A DNA stretch of 64,000 nucleotides from Candidatus Micrarchaeota archaeon (GCA_038046765.1 JBBSVN010000007.1:18102-82101), one strand, 5' to 3'. Shown: positions 23,703 to 33,791, counted from the first letter of the stretch. The notes: generated by a model not told the origin, from the sequence alone. Translations and numbers: made by a program.

Positions 23703-26399
23703 ATGCGAATTAGTGTTATTGGTACAGGTTATGTTGGTTTAATTACGGGAGTATGCCTGGCAGACTTAGGCCATAGTGTTACATGTGTCGATGTCATAAA
23801 AGAAAAAGTTGACGTGATAAATTCTGGTGTTGCTCCAATTTATGAAGTTGGTTTAGAAGATTTACTAAAGAAAAACATTGGCAAGAAGTTAAATGCTACG
23901 CTCGACTTATCTGGTGCGATTGCCAATAGCGAAGTTACATTTATAGCAGTTGGAACACCTTCAGCTGATGACGGATCAACTGATTTAAAATATATTGAAA
24001 GCGCTGCAACAGGAATTGGGAAAGCTTTGCGTAGTAAGGAAGTTTATCATGTAGTAATCGTTAAAAGTACCGTTCCGCCAAAAACAACTGAATTAGTTGG
24101 AAAAATCATTGAAAAAGAAAGCGGTAAAAAACAAGGCAAGGATTTTGGTTTAGCAATGAATCCAGAATTTTTAAGGGAAGGAACTGCGGTTTATGATTTT
24201 ATCAATCCTGATCGGATCGTAATCGGTGCGCTTGACCAAAAATCTTTTGATGTAGTAAATGCGCTTTATTCGCCCCACTTCAAATGTCCCATTGTAAAAA
24301 CCGAATTACGAACTGCTGAAATGATAAAATATGCAAGCAATGCTTTTTTAGCTACAAAAATTAGTTTTGCAAATGAAATTGGAAACGCATGCAAGGCTTT
24401 AGGCATTGATACTTACGAATTAATGGATGCTGTTGGCAGTGATAAACGTATTGGAAGAGCATTTTTGAACTCTGGTGTTGGCTACGGCGGAAGTTGCTTT
24501 GATGCAAATGAAAAGATTTTTGTAGTTGATGATAAAGGTATCAGGGTTAAAAAAATAAAAGAAGTAATCGAACAGAAATCAGATAAATTTATCCTGGGTT
24601 TTGATAAGAAAACTAATCGAGTAAGGATATCTAAGATTACTGGACTTTTCAAAAGACCATATAAGGGTAAAATGGTCAAATTAAAATTAGGTAAAGGAAG
24701 AAAAATAACCATAACTGCCGACCATCCTCTTGTTGTTCAAGAAAATGGTGAATTTAAAATTGCATTGGCAGATTCTGTTGTGGCTGATGATTTTTTACCT
24801 GTTAGTCTTAATCTCCCTAATCAATCTTCTACAAAAATAGATGTTATAGATTTTCTATCTAAAAATGAAGAATTTAAAAACCATATTATGATCCGGCCAA
24901 AATCAGGTTCTTTTAAAGACATTAAAGATCAAATTAACAAAGAGTTAATTAAAATTGAACCTGTTTCTTGGAAAAGACATGAATCTGGTAGAAAAAATTA
25001 CATTCATTTTGAAGTATTTCTAGCTTTGGAGAAGGCAGGGGCAATGCCTTTTAATAGAGACGAAATTTTGTTGTTTACTAATCTGGGAACTCCAACCTAT
25101 GCTCCGGCAATAGTTGATCTTAATCAGGATTTTTGTAGGTTTATTGGTTACTATTTAAGCGAAGGCTGCGTTTCAGTTGACAAAAGTTTAAGGGGAAACC
25201 GTCATCGTGAGAGGATCAAGATTTCCTTTAACATAAATGAAAATGAATATGTTGATGATGTTTGCTCTATTTTAAATAAGTTAAATGTCCGGAACGTTGT
25301 ATATACTAGAGAGAAAAATCAAACTAAAGAAATTGTTTTTTCATCAAGAATCTTTGCATTTTTACTCAAGAACATATTAGAATGCGGTAAAGACTGTTAC
25401 GATAAACAAATACCTCCTCAAATGTTCTTTTTATCAAAAGAATGCAAAACTCAATTATTATCCGGACTCTTTAGAGGAGATGGTTCCGCAACACATAGTA
25501 CTGCCGGGGAATTAAAATATCCTGAAATTAGTTATGCAACAGTTAGTCCGATGCTTAGTGAAGGAATAACGATTATTTTACAGTCATTAGGAATAATTCC
25601 AAGCCGTTCTAAAATAGGCATAAGTAAAAAAACTAAAGTCCAAGCAGAAAGCATAAATATTTATGGTTTGAATCAAGTAGAAAAGGCCAAAGTTTTCTAT
25701 TCAAATAAAATTTTAAATAAGATAAATAATCAACTATTACAATATTCCAGACAAATTAGTCCAATGGATTATCATTATGATACTAATCACGAAATTGCAT
25801 ATCTAAAGGTCAAGGATATAGAAAGTTTTGATACGGAAACCGAAGTTTACTCGATAGAAGTTGAAGATGAGGGACACTTAATAATAACAACTGGTGGGCT
25901 AATTGTGCATAATTGTTTTCCAAAAGATGTGTTATCACTAATTCATAGTGCAAAAGAAGTAGGTGTAGAAACTAAAATTTTAAATTCAGTGGTAGAAACA
26001 AATGCGGTTCAGCCCTATAAAATAATTGAACTTGCTAAGAAAAAGCTAGGTTCACTAAAAAATAAAAAAGTTGCAATTTTAGGTTTAGCATTTAAACCTG
26101 ATAGCGATGACATGCGTGAAGCGCCAAGTTTAAAAATAATAAAAAAACTTGTGGAAGGAGGTGCAATAATCAAAGCGTACGATCCAGTTGCGACTGATAA
26201 CGCCAAGAAAATGATTAAGGAAAATATCGAATACGCGAAGACGCTTGAAGAATGTCTTTCTTTTAGTGAAATTATTTTTGTATTAACTGATTGGAATGAA
26301 TTTAAGAACGAAGATATATACAAAGGAAAAATCGTTTTTGATGGAAGACATGTTTTAAACAAAAAGAGCGATCAAAATTACGAAGGAGTTTGTTGGTGA
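23703..26399 (+). CDS. ugd: UDP-glucose 6-dehydrogenase, intein-containing precursor (extein ~425 aa)
   Basis: MRISVIGTGYVGLITG Rossmann fold, NPEFLREG, and GVGYGGS|intein|CFPKDV, which reconstitutes the catalytic GGSCFPKD motif. C-terminal ILGLAFKPDSDDMREAP. Confidence 0.95.
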   Translation: MRISVIGTGYVGLITGVCLADLGHSVTCVDVIKEKVDVINSGVAPIYEVGLEDLLKKNIGKKLNATLDLSGAIANSEVTFIAVGTPSADDGSTDLKYIESAATGIGKALRSKEVYHVVIVKSTVPPKTTELVGKIIEKESGKKQGKDFGLAMNPEFLREGTAVYDFINPDRIVIGALDQKSFDVVNALYSPHFKCPIVKTELRTAEMIKYASNAFLATKISFANEIGNACKALGIDTYELMDAVGSDKRIGRAFLNSGVGYGGSCFDANEKIFVVDDKGIRVKKIKEVIEQKSDKFILGFDKKTNRVRISKITGLFKRPYKGKMVKLKLGKGRKITITADHPLVVQENGEFKIALADSVVADDFLPVSLNLPNQSSTKIDVIDFLSKNEEFKNHIMIRPKSGSFKDIKDQINKELIKIEPVSWKRHESGRKNYIHFEVFLALEKAGAMPFNRDEILLFTNLGTPTYAPAIVDLNQDFCRFIGYYLSEGCVSVDKSLRGNRHRERIKISFNINENEYVDDVCSILNKLNVRNVVYTREKNQTKEIVFSSRIFAFLLKNILECGKDCYDKQIPPQMFFLSKECKTQLLSGLFRGDGSATHSTAGELKYPEISYATVSPMLSEGITIILQSLGIIPSRSKIGISKKTKVQAESINIYGLNQVEKAKVFYSNKILNKINNQLLQYSRQISPMDYHYDTNHEIAYLKVKDIESFDTETEVYSIEVEDEGHLIITTGGLIVHNCFPKDVLSLIHSAKEVGVETKILNSVVETNAVQPYKIIELAKKKLGSLKNKKVAILGLAFKPDSDDMREAPSLKIIKKLVEGGAIIKAYDPVATDNAKKMIKENIEYAKTLEECLSFSEIIFVLTDWNEFKNEDIYKGKIVFDGRHVLNKKSDQNYEGVCW
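24495..25913 (+). mobile_element. Intein (473 aa) with LAGLIDADG homing-endonuclease domain
   Basis: Cys1 (CFDANEKIFVVD), block B ITITADHPLVV (TxxH), LAGLIDADG motifs FIGYYLSEGCVS and LLSGLFRGDGSA, and C-terminal VYSIEVEDEGHLIITTGGLIVHN followed by +1 Cys. Confidence 0.92.
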
Positions 26400-26405
26400 A
26401 AATAA

Positions 26406-28169
26406 TTGGTTTACATTCTAGGAATTCACAGAAGTCACAATAGTTCTGTATGCTTAATGCTTGATGGGGAAATCGTATCTAGCGTTCAACAGGAGAGATT
26501 TGATAAGATAAAAAATTCCGGAGCATTTCCAAAAGATGCAATTGACTGGACTTTAAAATCTTCTAACATAACTGCAGAGCAAATCGATGCAGTTGCAATT
26601 GGCGGATTGATAATTTTGCCAAGTAATGTTGACTTAACTCCGGGCGTAGCGACACCTGGAAAATCAAGCATTCCTATCTCAACTAAGCTTTGGCGCGAAA
26701 TTGATTTTAAACACCCCAATTTAAGACCATTTTTCTACCCTATGGTAATGCAAAAGCGGGAAAAACTTGGAGAAAAAGGGAGAGAAGAAGTAATCCAGAC
26801 ACTAAAAAATTTATATAATATTCCAAAAGAAAAAATACATTTCGTAGAGCATCATGTTTGCCATGCTTATACTGCTTATTACGGGTTAAGGCAAAATCAA
26901 AAAAATGATAATAACTCGCTTGTTTTAACTTTAGATGGTGAAGGGGATAAATATTGTGCAAGCGTAAACGATACAAAAAATAATGAAATAAATCGTATTG
27001 CAAGTACGCCCTGGCACGCTTCCTTAGGTTATATTTACAGTCAGACCACAACCTTTTTGGGGATGAAAGCATTAGAGCATGAATACAAGGTTATGGGATT
27101 AGCTCCATATGCTAAAAATTATTTTTTAAAGACTTATGAAAAACTCTATAAACATGTTATTGATGTTGATGGGAATTCACTAGAGTTTAAAAGCATATTT
27201 CCAACAAATCGTTTTATCGTTCATCTAAAAGAAAATGCATTTTGCGAACGCTTTGATAATGTTGCTGCCGCGGTTCAATACCTAACTGAAGATCTGGTTA
27301 CAAAATGGACAATTGCAGCCATAAAAAAAACAGATTGCTCCGATGTTTATCTTGGTGGCGGAGTTTTTATGAATGTAAAACTTAACCTTAAGCTTTACGA
27401 ACTGGACTCTGTCGAAAATATCCATCCATTTCCTGGTTGCGGTGATGAATCAAATCCCTTTGGCGCAGCTTATTATGTTTACATTAATCATTTTGCAAAG
27501 CCAAGTTCAAGCGTTAAGCGAATAAAAAATCTATATCTTGGGCCAGAGTACTCAAACGATTATATCGAAGATTTGATAAAAAAGCGCGATTTAAAGTCAA
27601 AATATAAAGTTGAATTCCACAAAGACATGGAAGGTGAAATTGCATCGCTTTTAGCTAAAGGAAAAGTTGTCGCACGCGTTGCTGGAAAAAGTGAGTGGGG
27701 TCCTAGAAGTTTAGGTAATAGGGCAATAATTGGTAACCCATCTATACTAGAAACTTTCTATAAAGTAAATGATCAAATCAAGATGCGCGATTTTTGGATG
27801 CCGTTTGCGCCAAGTATACTTAAAGAACGGGAAAACGATTACATTGAAAATCCTAAAGGAGTCGAAGCGCCATACATGATTTTGGCTTTCAATTCTACAA
27901 AATTAGCTCATAAAGATTTACGTGCTGCAATACATCAGGCAGATAAAACCTGTAGACCACAAATACTTGAAAAAGATTGGAATGAAAATTACTATAAAAT
28001 AATTAAACAATTCGAAAATGAAACTGGAATTGGCGGAGTTATGAACACGTCTTTTAATTTGCATGGCGAACCGATGGTTTGTTCTCCAGAAGATGCAATT
28101 CATACTTTTGAAGATTCTGGTTTAGAATATTTGGCAATGGAAAACTGGTTAGTTAGTAAAAATATTTAA
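26406..28169 (+). CDS. Carbamoyltransferase (NodU/CmcH family)
   Basis: ILGIHRSHNSSVCLMLDGEIVSSVQQERFDKIKNSGAFP N-domain. C-domain GPRSLGNRAIIGNP, RDFWMPFAPS, NTSFNLHGEPMV. TTG start. Confidence 0.88.
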   Translation: MVYILGIHRSHNSSVCLMLDGEIVSSVQQERFDKIKNSGAFPKDAIDWTLKSSNITAEQIDAVAIGGLIILPSNVDLTPGVATPGKSSIPISTKLWREIDFKHPNLRPFFYPMVMQKREKLGEKGREEVIQTLKNLYNIPKEKIHFVEHHVCHAYTAYYGLRQNQKNDNNSLVLTLDGEGDKYCASVNDTKNNEINRIASTPWHASLGYIYSQTTTFLGMKALEHEYKVMGLAPYAKNYFLKTYEKLYKHVIDVDGNSLEFKSIFPTNRFIVHLKENAFCERFDNVAAAVQYLTEDLVTKWTIAAIKKTDCSDVYLGGGVFMNVKLNLKLYELDSVENIHPFPGCGDESNPFGAAYYVYINHFAKPSSSVKRIKNLYLGPEYSNDYIEDLIKKRDLKSKYKVEFHKDMEGEIASLLAKGKVVARVAGKSEWGPRSLGNRAIIGNPSILETFYKVNDQIKMRDFWMPFAPSILKERENDYIENPKGVEAPYMILAFNSTKLAHKDLRAAIHQADKTCRPQILEKDWNENYYKIIKQFENETGIGGVMNTSFNLHGEPMVCSPEDAIHTFEDSGLEYLAMENWLVSKNI

Positions 28170-28182
28170 CAGGTGAAAATTC

Positions 28183-29211
28183 ATGAAAGTTTTAATCACA
28201 GGAGGAGCTGGATTAGTCGGAACCGAATGTTGCAAATTATTTGGAAAGGAAAACTGGGAAATAATTAGTGTTGATAATTACGGTAGGGCTAAAATATTTG
28301 GAGAGGATGCCCAGACAAAAAGTAATATGCAGCAAACAAGAAAAGAATATAATATTGAACATCATGAAATGGACATTCGAGATGAAAAAATTGGCGAGCT
28401 AGTCAAAAAAGTTGATGCAGTAATTCACACAGCGGCTCAACCATCTCATCCTAAATCAATCGAAATTCCGATGGAAGATTTTCAAATTAACGCATATGGG
28501 ACCTTATTTATGCTTGAACAGGTAAGAAAACATAACAAGGATGTGCCGTTTGTTTTTTGTTCGACAAATAAAGTTTATGGTGAAGCACCAAACTATTTTT
28601 CATATAAAAAAGTTGGAAAAAGGTTAGAGCCGTACGATCCATCTTTAAATGATGGATTTGACGAATCACTACGACTTGATCGAATGATGCACACGCCCTT
28701 TGGCGTTTCTAAAGTCGCAGCAGATTTATACACGCAAGAATATGCTCATTTATATGGCCTTAAGACGGGGGTTTTTAGAATGGGTTGCATAACTGGTGGC
28801 GCAGCTAAGGCTACTGAATTACATAACTGGGAACCATTTTTCGTTAAAAAAGCGATGACTGGAGAACAGTTGACAATATTTGGTCATGAAGGCTATCAGG
28901 TTCGTGATGTTATTCATGCAGCGGATTTAGCTAAAGTATTTTATGAATTTGTCAAGCGTCCAAGACCTGGAGAAGTATACAATATGGGTGGAGCAAGACA
29001 AAATTCGATTTCGCTTTTAGAATCGTTCGATTTAATTGAGGAAGTAACTGGAAAGAAAATGAATTACAAATTAGGGCCGGCGAGAGAAGCTGATCATATT
29101 TGGTGGATTTCAAACATTAACAAGGCAAAGGCACACTTTCCACTTTGGAGTTTAAGAATTGGACTTAAGGACGTATTTGAGGATATTTATCAAGCACTTT
29201 CAAGAAAGTAA
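28183..29211 (+). CDS. NAD-dependent sugar epimerase/dehydratase (extended SDR; CDP-paratose-2-epimerase-like)
   Basis: MKVLITGGAGLVG and the SDR YxxxK-like motif PFGVSKVAADLY. 342 aa. Confidence 0.75.
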   Translation: MKVLITGGAGLVGTECCKLFGKENWEIISVDNYGRAKIFGEDAQTKSNMQQTRKEYNIEHHEMDIRDEKIGELVKKVDAVIHTAAQPSHPKSIEIPMEDFQINAYGTLFMLEQVRKHNKDVPFVFCSTNKVYGEAPNYFSYKKVGKRLEPYDPSLNDGFDESLRLDRMMHTPFGVSKVAADLYTQEYAHLYGLKTGVFRMGCITGGAAKATELHNWEPFFVKKAMTGEQLTIFGHEGYQVRDVIHAADLAKVFYEFVKRPRPGEVYNMGGARQNSISLLESFDLIEEVTGKKMNYKLGPAREADHIWWISNINKAKAHFPLWSLRIGLKDVFEDIYQALSRK

Positions 29212-29222
29212 GCTGATCACAA

Positions 29223-30413
29223 ATGCAACCAAACAAAAAAATATTTCTTTACATGTCTTCAGGTCTGCATACGGCATATAAAAGCATGATTGCAAATTGT
29301 CCAGAAGGTTTTGAATTTGCAGCAAGCGATTATATGGCACATGGTGCAATTACTGCCAGTAGGGATGTTTCACCTGGTTTAGGTAGCTTTACAAAAAATC
29401 TGATTACCAAAGTTCAGCCATACGTTTCTTCTTCTTATAATCATCTGCACATTCTCCTAAATAAACCCAAAGTCCGTAAATTCGTCTCTAGCGACTACGA
29501 CCTAATTCATAGTGGACAAAGTCTGCTTGATACCAATCTTCCATATGTAGTTGATTTTGAACATGCTGCTGTTTTTTCTGGCTATAATCAATATGCATTT
29601 AGAAGAAAAGGGTTTGTCCGAGCTTTGGAAAAAACACTTCTAAATCCAAAACTAAAAAAGCTCCTGGCATGGAGCGATGCTGCTGGAAAAAGCCTGACCA
29701 ACTTTGTAAATAATGAAGAAGTTAAGGCTAAGGTTGAAACTGTTTACCCTGTATTTTCCCTAGGAAAGAAAATTAAACGAACACAAAAAGAATTTGGTTT
29801 TCTGTTTATCGGTGGAAATTTCTATGAAAAAGGCGGCTATGAAACGATTTTGGCTTTTGAAAAAATCATGGATAAATATGACTGTAAATTGACTATGATT
29901 GGCACTATTCCACTAGAACTAGCGCAAAAATATCTAAATCATCCAAAAATAACGCTTGTTGGTAGAGTTCCATACGAAAAAGTAGTTGAATACTATTCAA
30001 ATAGCGATGCGTTTGTTTTTCCAACACACTATGATACTTATGGTTTTGTAGTTCCCGAAGCGCTTTCATTTGGATTACCTGTTATTTCAACAACTAGTTT
30101 TTCTATGCCTGAATTAGTTGAAAACGAAAAAACGGGACTTCTAATAAACACTTATTTTTCTTCATTTGCTCCCGACGCTGGTTATGCTCTGGGTACTTTA
30201 GATGAACTTTATCCAAAGCGAATCGAAATTTGCAAAAACCCGCCCGAATGGTATATAACTTCTCTTGCAAATGCTATGGAAAGGTTAATTATTGATAATT
30301 CACTAAGAAATGAGTTATCTAAAAACGCAGAACTTGTTGCAAAAGAAGGTAAATTTTCACCTAAGTCCTGGCGGGATAAAATGAAAAGAATATATACAGA
30401 AGCTTTGGAATAG
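29223..30413 (+). CDS. Glycosyltransferase, GT4 (GT-B) family
   Basis: C-terminal Glycos_transf_1 pattern: FVFPTHYDTYGFVVPEALSFGLPVISTTSFSMPELVENEKTGLL. Confidence 0.75.
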   Translation: MQPNKKIFLYMSSGLHTAYKSMIANCPEGFEFAASDYMAHGAITASRDVSPGLGSFTKNLITKVQPYVSSSYNHLHILLNKPKVRKFVSSDYDLIHSGQSLLDTNLPYVVDFEHAAVFSGYNQYAFRRKGFVRALEKTLLNPKLKKLLAWSDAAGKSLTNFVNNEEVKAKVETVYPVFSLGKKIKRTQKEFGFLFIGGNFYEKGGYETILAFEKIMDKYDCKLTMIGTIPLELAQKYLNHPKITLVGRVPYEKVVEYYSNSDAFVFPTHYDTYGFVVPEALSFGLPVISTTSFSMPELVENEKTGLLINTYFSSFAPDAGYALGTLDELYPKRIEICKNPPEWYITSLANAMERLIIDNSLRNELSKNAELVAKEGKFSPKSWRDKMKRIYTEALE

Positions 30414-30417
30414 TTAT

Positions 30418-31209
30418 ATGTTCAAAGATGCACTATTCTATTTTCTGTTTTTAGGTGTAGGAATTATTCTAGGTGTTTATTTTCTTTCTCCCGTAAGTCC
30501 TGATAATACTAAACTAGTAAATGATTACAATAATCTAGTTTCCAAGTATAATTCTCTAGCTAAAAATTATTCTGATTTGTCCGTTCAATCCGGCATAAGT
30601 CTTCAAAATCAAAAAAGATCTATTCCGCCATCTCCACAGGGCAGTTTTAATTCGCTTGTCTTAGTCAAAAACGGAATCGGGTTAAGTTATAATGGCGCCA
30701 AAGTTTTTGGGGTTTATGATACTAAATCTATGGAACCAGGAATAAGCGTTAATCATACTATAATTGCTACAACTACTTTTGATTCAGCTAATCTTAAAAT
30801 TGGGCAAATTGTTTCATATTTACCTGATGACTCAAAAACTGAAATTGTTCATAGGATAATTGCGATAAATTCAAACCCCCAAGGAATATGTTATACGTTG
30901 CAAGGGGACAATAATCAGGTACCAGATAAAGAATGCGTTAAACCCTCGCAGATAACTTCATTAGTTTTGGGTATCTTATTTTTCAAAAATGAACAAATCA
31001 ACTCTTGTCCATCAGGAATTGATGCAATAATTTCCGATAAAGATATTTCTTGTATTGATTCCAGATTAAAAGCAGGTATTTATCCAAGCGAGAGCAAAAT
31101 CGGTCAGTCAATCGACTACTATAAATTCTGCTCTAGTTACAATTCTGCAATGCCTTATACGATTGTTTCTCCAGATGGAAAAGTTTCTTGTTACTCTAAT
31201 GTCAGGTAA
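30418..31209 (+). CDS. Signal peptidase I, archaeal/Sec11 type (S26B), with N- and Cys-rich C-terminal extensions
   Basis: N-terminal TM segment. TKSMEPGI (catalytic Ser box), IGQIVSY, EIVHRIIAI, LQGDNNQVPD. About 70 aa extra at the C-terminus with 5 Cys. Confidence 0.6.
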   Translation: MFKDALFYFLFLGVGIILGVYFLSPVSPDNTKLVNDYNNLVSKYNSLAKNYSDLSVQSGISLQNQKRSIPPSPQGSFNSLVLVKNGIGLSYNGAKVFGVYDTKSMEPGISVNHTIIATTTFDSANLKIGQIVSYLPDDSKTEIVHRIIAINSNPQGICYTLQGDNNQVPDKECVKPSQITSLVLGILFFKNEQINSCPSGIDAIISDKDISCIDSRLKAGIYPSESKIGQSIDYYKFCSSYNSAMPYTIVSPDGKVSCYSNVR

Positions 31210-31315
31210 CTTTTGTGATTTTAAATTCTTGCTTATAACTATTTAGTATAGTTGGTAAAATGAAAATCCAGTAAACAGGATAACCGTTTACTATCTTTTC
31301 ATTTTTGGTGATAAA

Positions 31316-32224
31316 ATGAAAATCTTAATCACAGGCGGAGCTGGATTTATTGGTTCACACCTTGCCGAAAAACTTTCGGTTAAGAATGATGTTATAATTC
31401 TAGATAATTTTATAACTGGGAGAAAGGAGAACTTAGCAAAATTAAATGTTGAACTTATTTCTCATGACATTGTAAAACCTTTTGACATAAAATGTGATGT
31501 TATTTTTAATATGGCTTCGCCTGCTTCTCCAGTTGGATACCAGGAGCATCCACTAGAAACTATGGAAGTAAACGCCTTTGGAATGAAAAATATTCTTGAA
31601 AATGCTAAAAAACACGGTGCGCGAGTGCTGCAATCTTCCACTTCTGAAATTTACGGAGACCCGCTAGTTTCACCACAAGTCGAATCTTACTGGGGCAATG
31701 TTAATACTCTTGGACCTCGTTCTTGTTATGACGAATCAAAAAGATTTGCTGAAACCTTATGCTATAATTATTATCATAAATTCGGTGTAAATGTAATTCT
31801 TGCAAGAATTTTCAATACTTACGGGCCCAGGATGGACAAAAAGGATGGCAGAGTAATTCCTAATTTTGTCACACAAGCTCTATCTGGAAAAGATATAACT
31901 CTGTACGGAAACGGGTTACAAACAAGAAGTTTTTGTTACGTTAGCGATTTAGTTGACGGCTTAACAAAATTAGCTTTTTCTGACATTACTTTTGATGTTT
32001 TTAATGTTGGAAATCCGCATGAAATAACTTTGCAGACTCTAGCTAATAAGGTTAAAGAACTTGCTCAAAGTAAGTCTAATATTATTCATAAACCCCTTCC
32101 ACAAGATGACCCGAAACAAAGATGTCCTAATATAACAAAAATAAAAAAAGCGGTTAACTGGGAACCCAAAGTTAGTTTAGATGACGGGTTAAAGAAAACG
32201 ATTGAATGGTTTAAATCACATTAA
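31316..32224 (+). CDS. uxs: UDP-glucuronate decarboxylase (UDP-xylose synthase)
   Basis: MKILITGGAGFIGSHL, STSEIYGDPLVSPQVESYWGNVNTLGPRSCYDESKRFAE, RIFNTYGPRM..DGRVIPNF, TRSFCYVSDLVDG. Confidence 0.88.
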   Translation: MKILITGGAGFIGSHLAEKLSVKNDVIILDNFITGRKENLAKLNVELISHDIVKPFDIKCDVIFNMASPASPVGYQEHPLETMEVNAFGMKNILENAKKHGARVLQSSTSEIYGDPLVSPQVESYWGNVNTLGPRSCYDESKRFAETLCYNYYHKFGVNVILARIFNTYGPRMDKKDGRVIPNFVTQALSGKDITLYGNGLQTRSFCYVSDLVDGLTKLAFSDITFDVFNVGNPHEITLQTLANKVKELAQSKSNIIHKPLPQDDPKQRCPNITKIKKAVNWEPKVSLDDGLKKTIEWFKSH

Positions 32225-32333
32225 TTTTTTTCCAAATCATAATCGTTAGAAAAAGTTACTGATTCTTTAGCAAAGTCTTCTTTGCCATGTATATGTTAAT
32301 TCCACTTATACTATCATAACCTTCTATTTTAGG

Positions 32334-32732
32334 CTATAAAATAGCTTTGCGTATTTCTTCTTCTTGTTCTTTTGTTAATCCCATTATTTTTACTAAATCA
32401 GTTATTACTTTTCTTATTGATTCTTCTTGGTTGGGCATTTGGTTTAGCTTTAAAGCAGATATCTTGTACTTCGCAATAGTTATTGCAATTTCTGTTAATT
32501 CTGGTTTTGAGCAGTACCATTTTGCAAAATTTATTGCTTCATGACAATTTCCTGTTTTTAAGTATTCCATAACTGCACTTTTTACTGTGCTTGTTCTTAC
32601 CTGGTCAAAGTTCATTTCTAATGCAAAATCTGCTAATCTAGTTAATCTATCTATAAGTGGCCCACTAAATGCTCCTCTTAATCCCCCTGCATGTTTTACT
32701 ACTGCGCTTGTTCTTGTGTTGCTTAATTGCAT
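32334..32732 (-). CDS. Hypothetical protein
   Basis: About 132-aa helical ORF, no motif. Confidence 0.4.
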   Translation of the reverse strand: MQLSNTRTSAVVKHAGGLRGAFSGPLIDRLTRLADFALEMNFDQVRTSTVKSAVMEYLKTGNCHEAINFAKWYCSKPELTEIAITIAKYKISALKLNQMPNQEESIRKVITDLVKIMGLTKEQEEEIRKAIL

Positions 32733-32811
32733 AAAAATCATTTGTACTCTTGTTTCTTAATATGCATATGTATGCAAACATTTAAATATACTTTTGATAA
32801 CAAATTATGCT

Positions 32812-32997
32812 ATGTCAACACCAGTTCTTAAGTTAAAACCTAAAATTCGTCCTACAAGAGAACAAATTGAAGTCGCACAAAGAAGACGTGAATGGGAAAA
32901 ATACTCGCTCTGCGGTAATCGATCTGATGTATTAAGCGGAATTCCGGGCACAAGGGAATTTATGGGTAAAATCAGATATCTCAAATTCTATTACTAG
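32812..32997 (+). CDS. Hypothetical small basic protein
   Basis: Short ORF (MSTPVLKLKPKIRPTREQIEVAQRRREWEKY...) with no motif. Weak call. Confidence 0.25.
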   Translation: MSTPVLKLKPKIRPTREQIEVAQRRREWEKYSLCGNRSDVLSGIPGTREFMGKIRYLKFYY

Positions 32998-33059
32998 TAT
33001 ATTTTTATATTTCATTAAACATACTATTATTTATCAAATATAATTATAGGTAAAAAATC

Positions 33060-33791
33060 ATGATCGGAATAATTCTAGCAGCTGGAAGAGGAACGAGGCT
33101 TAGACCTTTAACCTATGCAATACCTAAACCGTTACTTCCCGTAGGAGGAAAACCAGTCTTAGAATATGCGATTGAAAATCTAAAAGCATGTAAGGAAATT
33201 AAAAAGATCTATGTTGCAGTATCTCACTCAAGAGAACTAATTGAAAATTATTTACAGCATGTTGACTATGGAATTGAAATTGAAACCGTACACACGCTAG
33301 GCTGGGAAACTGGCGGAGATTTAAAAACAATAATTACATCAAAAGAAATAACTGATAACGTCATTGTTGCTTATGGCGATATTGTATCAAAAATAGACGT
33401 AAATGAAATGCTTAATTTTCATAAAAAACAAAATAAACCTGCAACAGTTGCGCTTTTTGCTGTTCCAAAAGAAGACGTTTATAGGTTTGGAATTGCCGAG
33501 GTTCAAAATAACTTAGTAAAACGGTTTGTTGAAAAACCAAAGCTTGAAGATGCGCCATCTAATTTGGCAAATGCTGGTTATTACATACTTGAAAAAAGTG
33601 CTTATTCTAAATTAGTTATGGAAAAGAAAAAAGTTGAAGAAACACTATTTCCTGAGCTTGCGCCATCGGGTAACTTGGCTGGTTATGTTTGCAAACCAGA
33701 TTATTGGCTCGATATCGGTACAATCGAATCATATAGAAAAGCTAACCGAATGATCGAAGGAATTATTGCGCCTAATGTGAATGGAAAGTGA
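33060..33791 (+). CDS. Sugar-1-phosphate nucleotidyltransferase
   Basis: MIGIILAAGRGTRLRPLTYAIPKPLLPVGGKP (NTP_transferase signature), YGDIV, GYYIL. Confidence 0.88.
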   Translation: MIGIILAAGRGTRLRPLTYAIPKPLLPVGGKPVLEYAIENLKACKEIKKIYVAVSHSRELIENYLQHVDYGIEIETVHTLGWETGGDLKTIITSKEITDNVIVAYGDIVSKIDVNEMLNFHKKQNKPATVALFAVPKEDVYRFGIAEVQNNLVKRFVEKPKLEDAPSNLANAGYYILEKSAYSKLVMEKKKVEETLFPELAPSGNLAGYVCKPDYWLDIGTIESYRKANRMIEGIIAPNVNGK

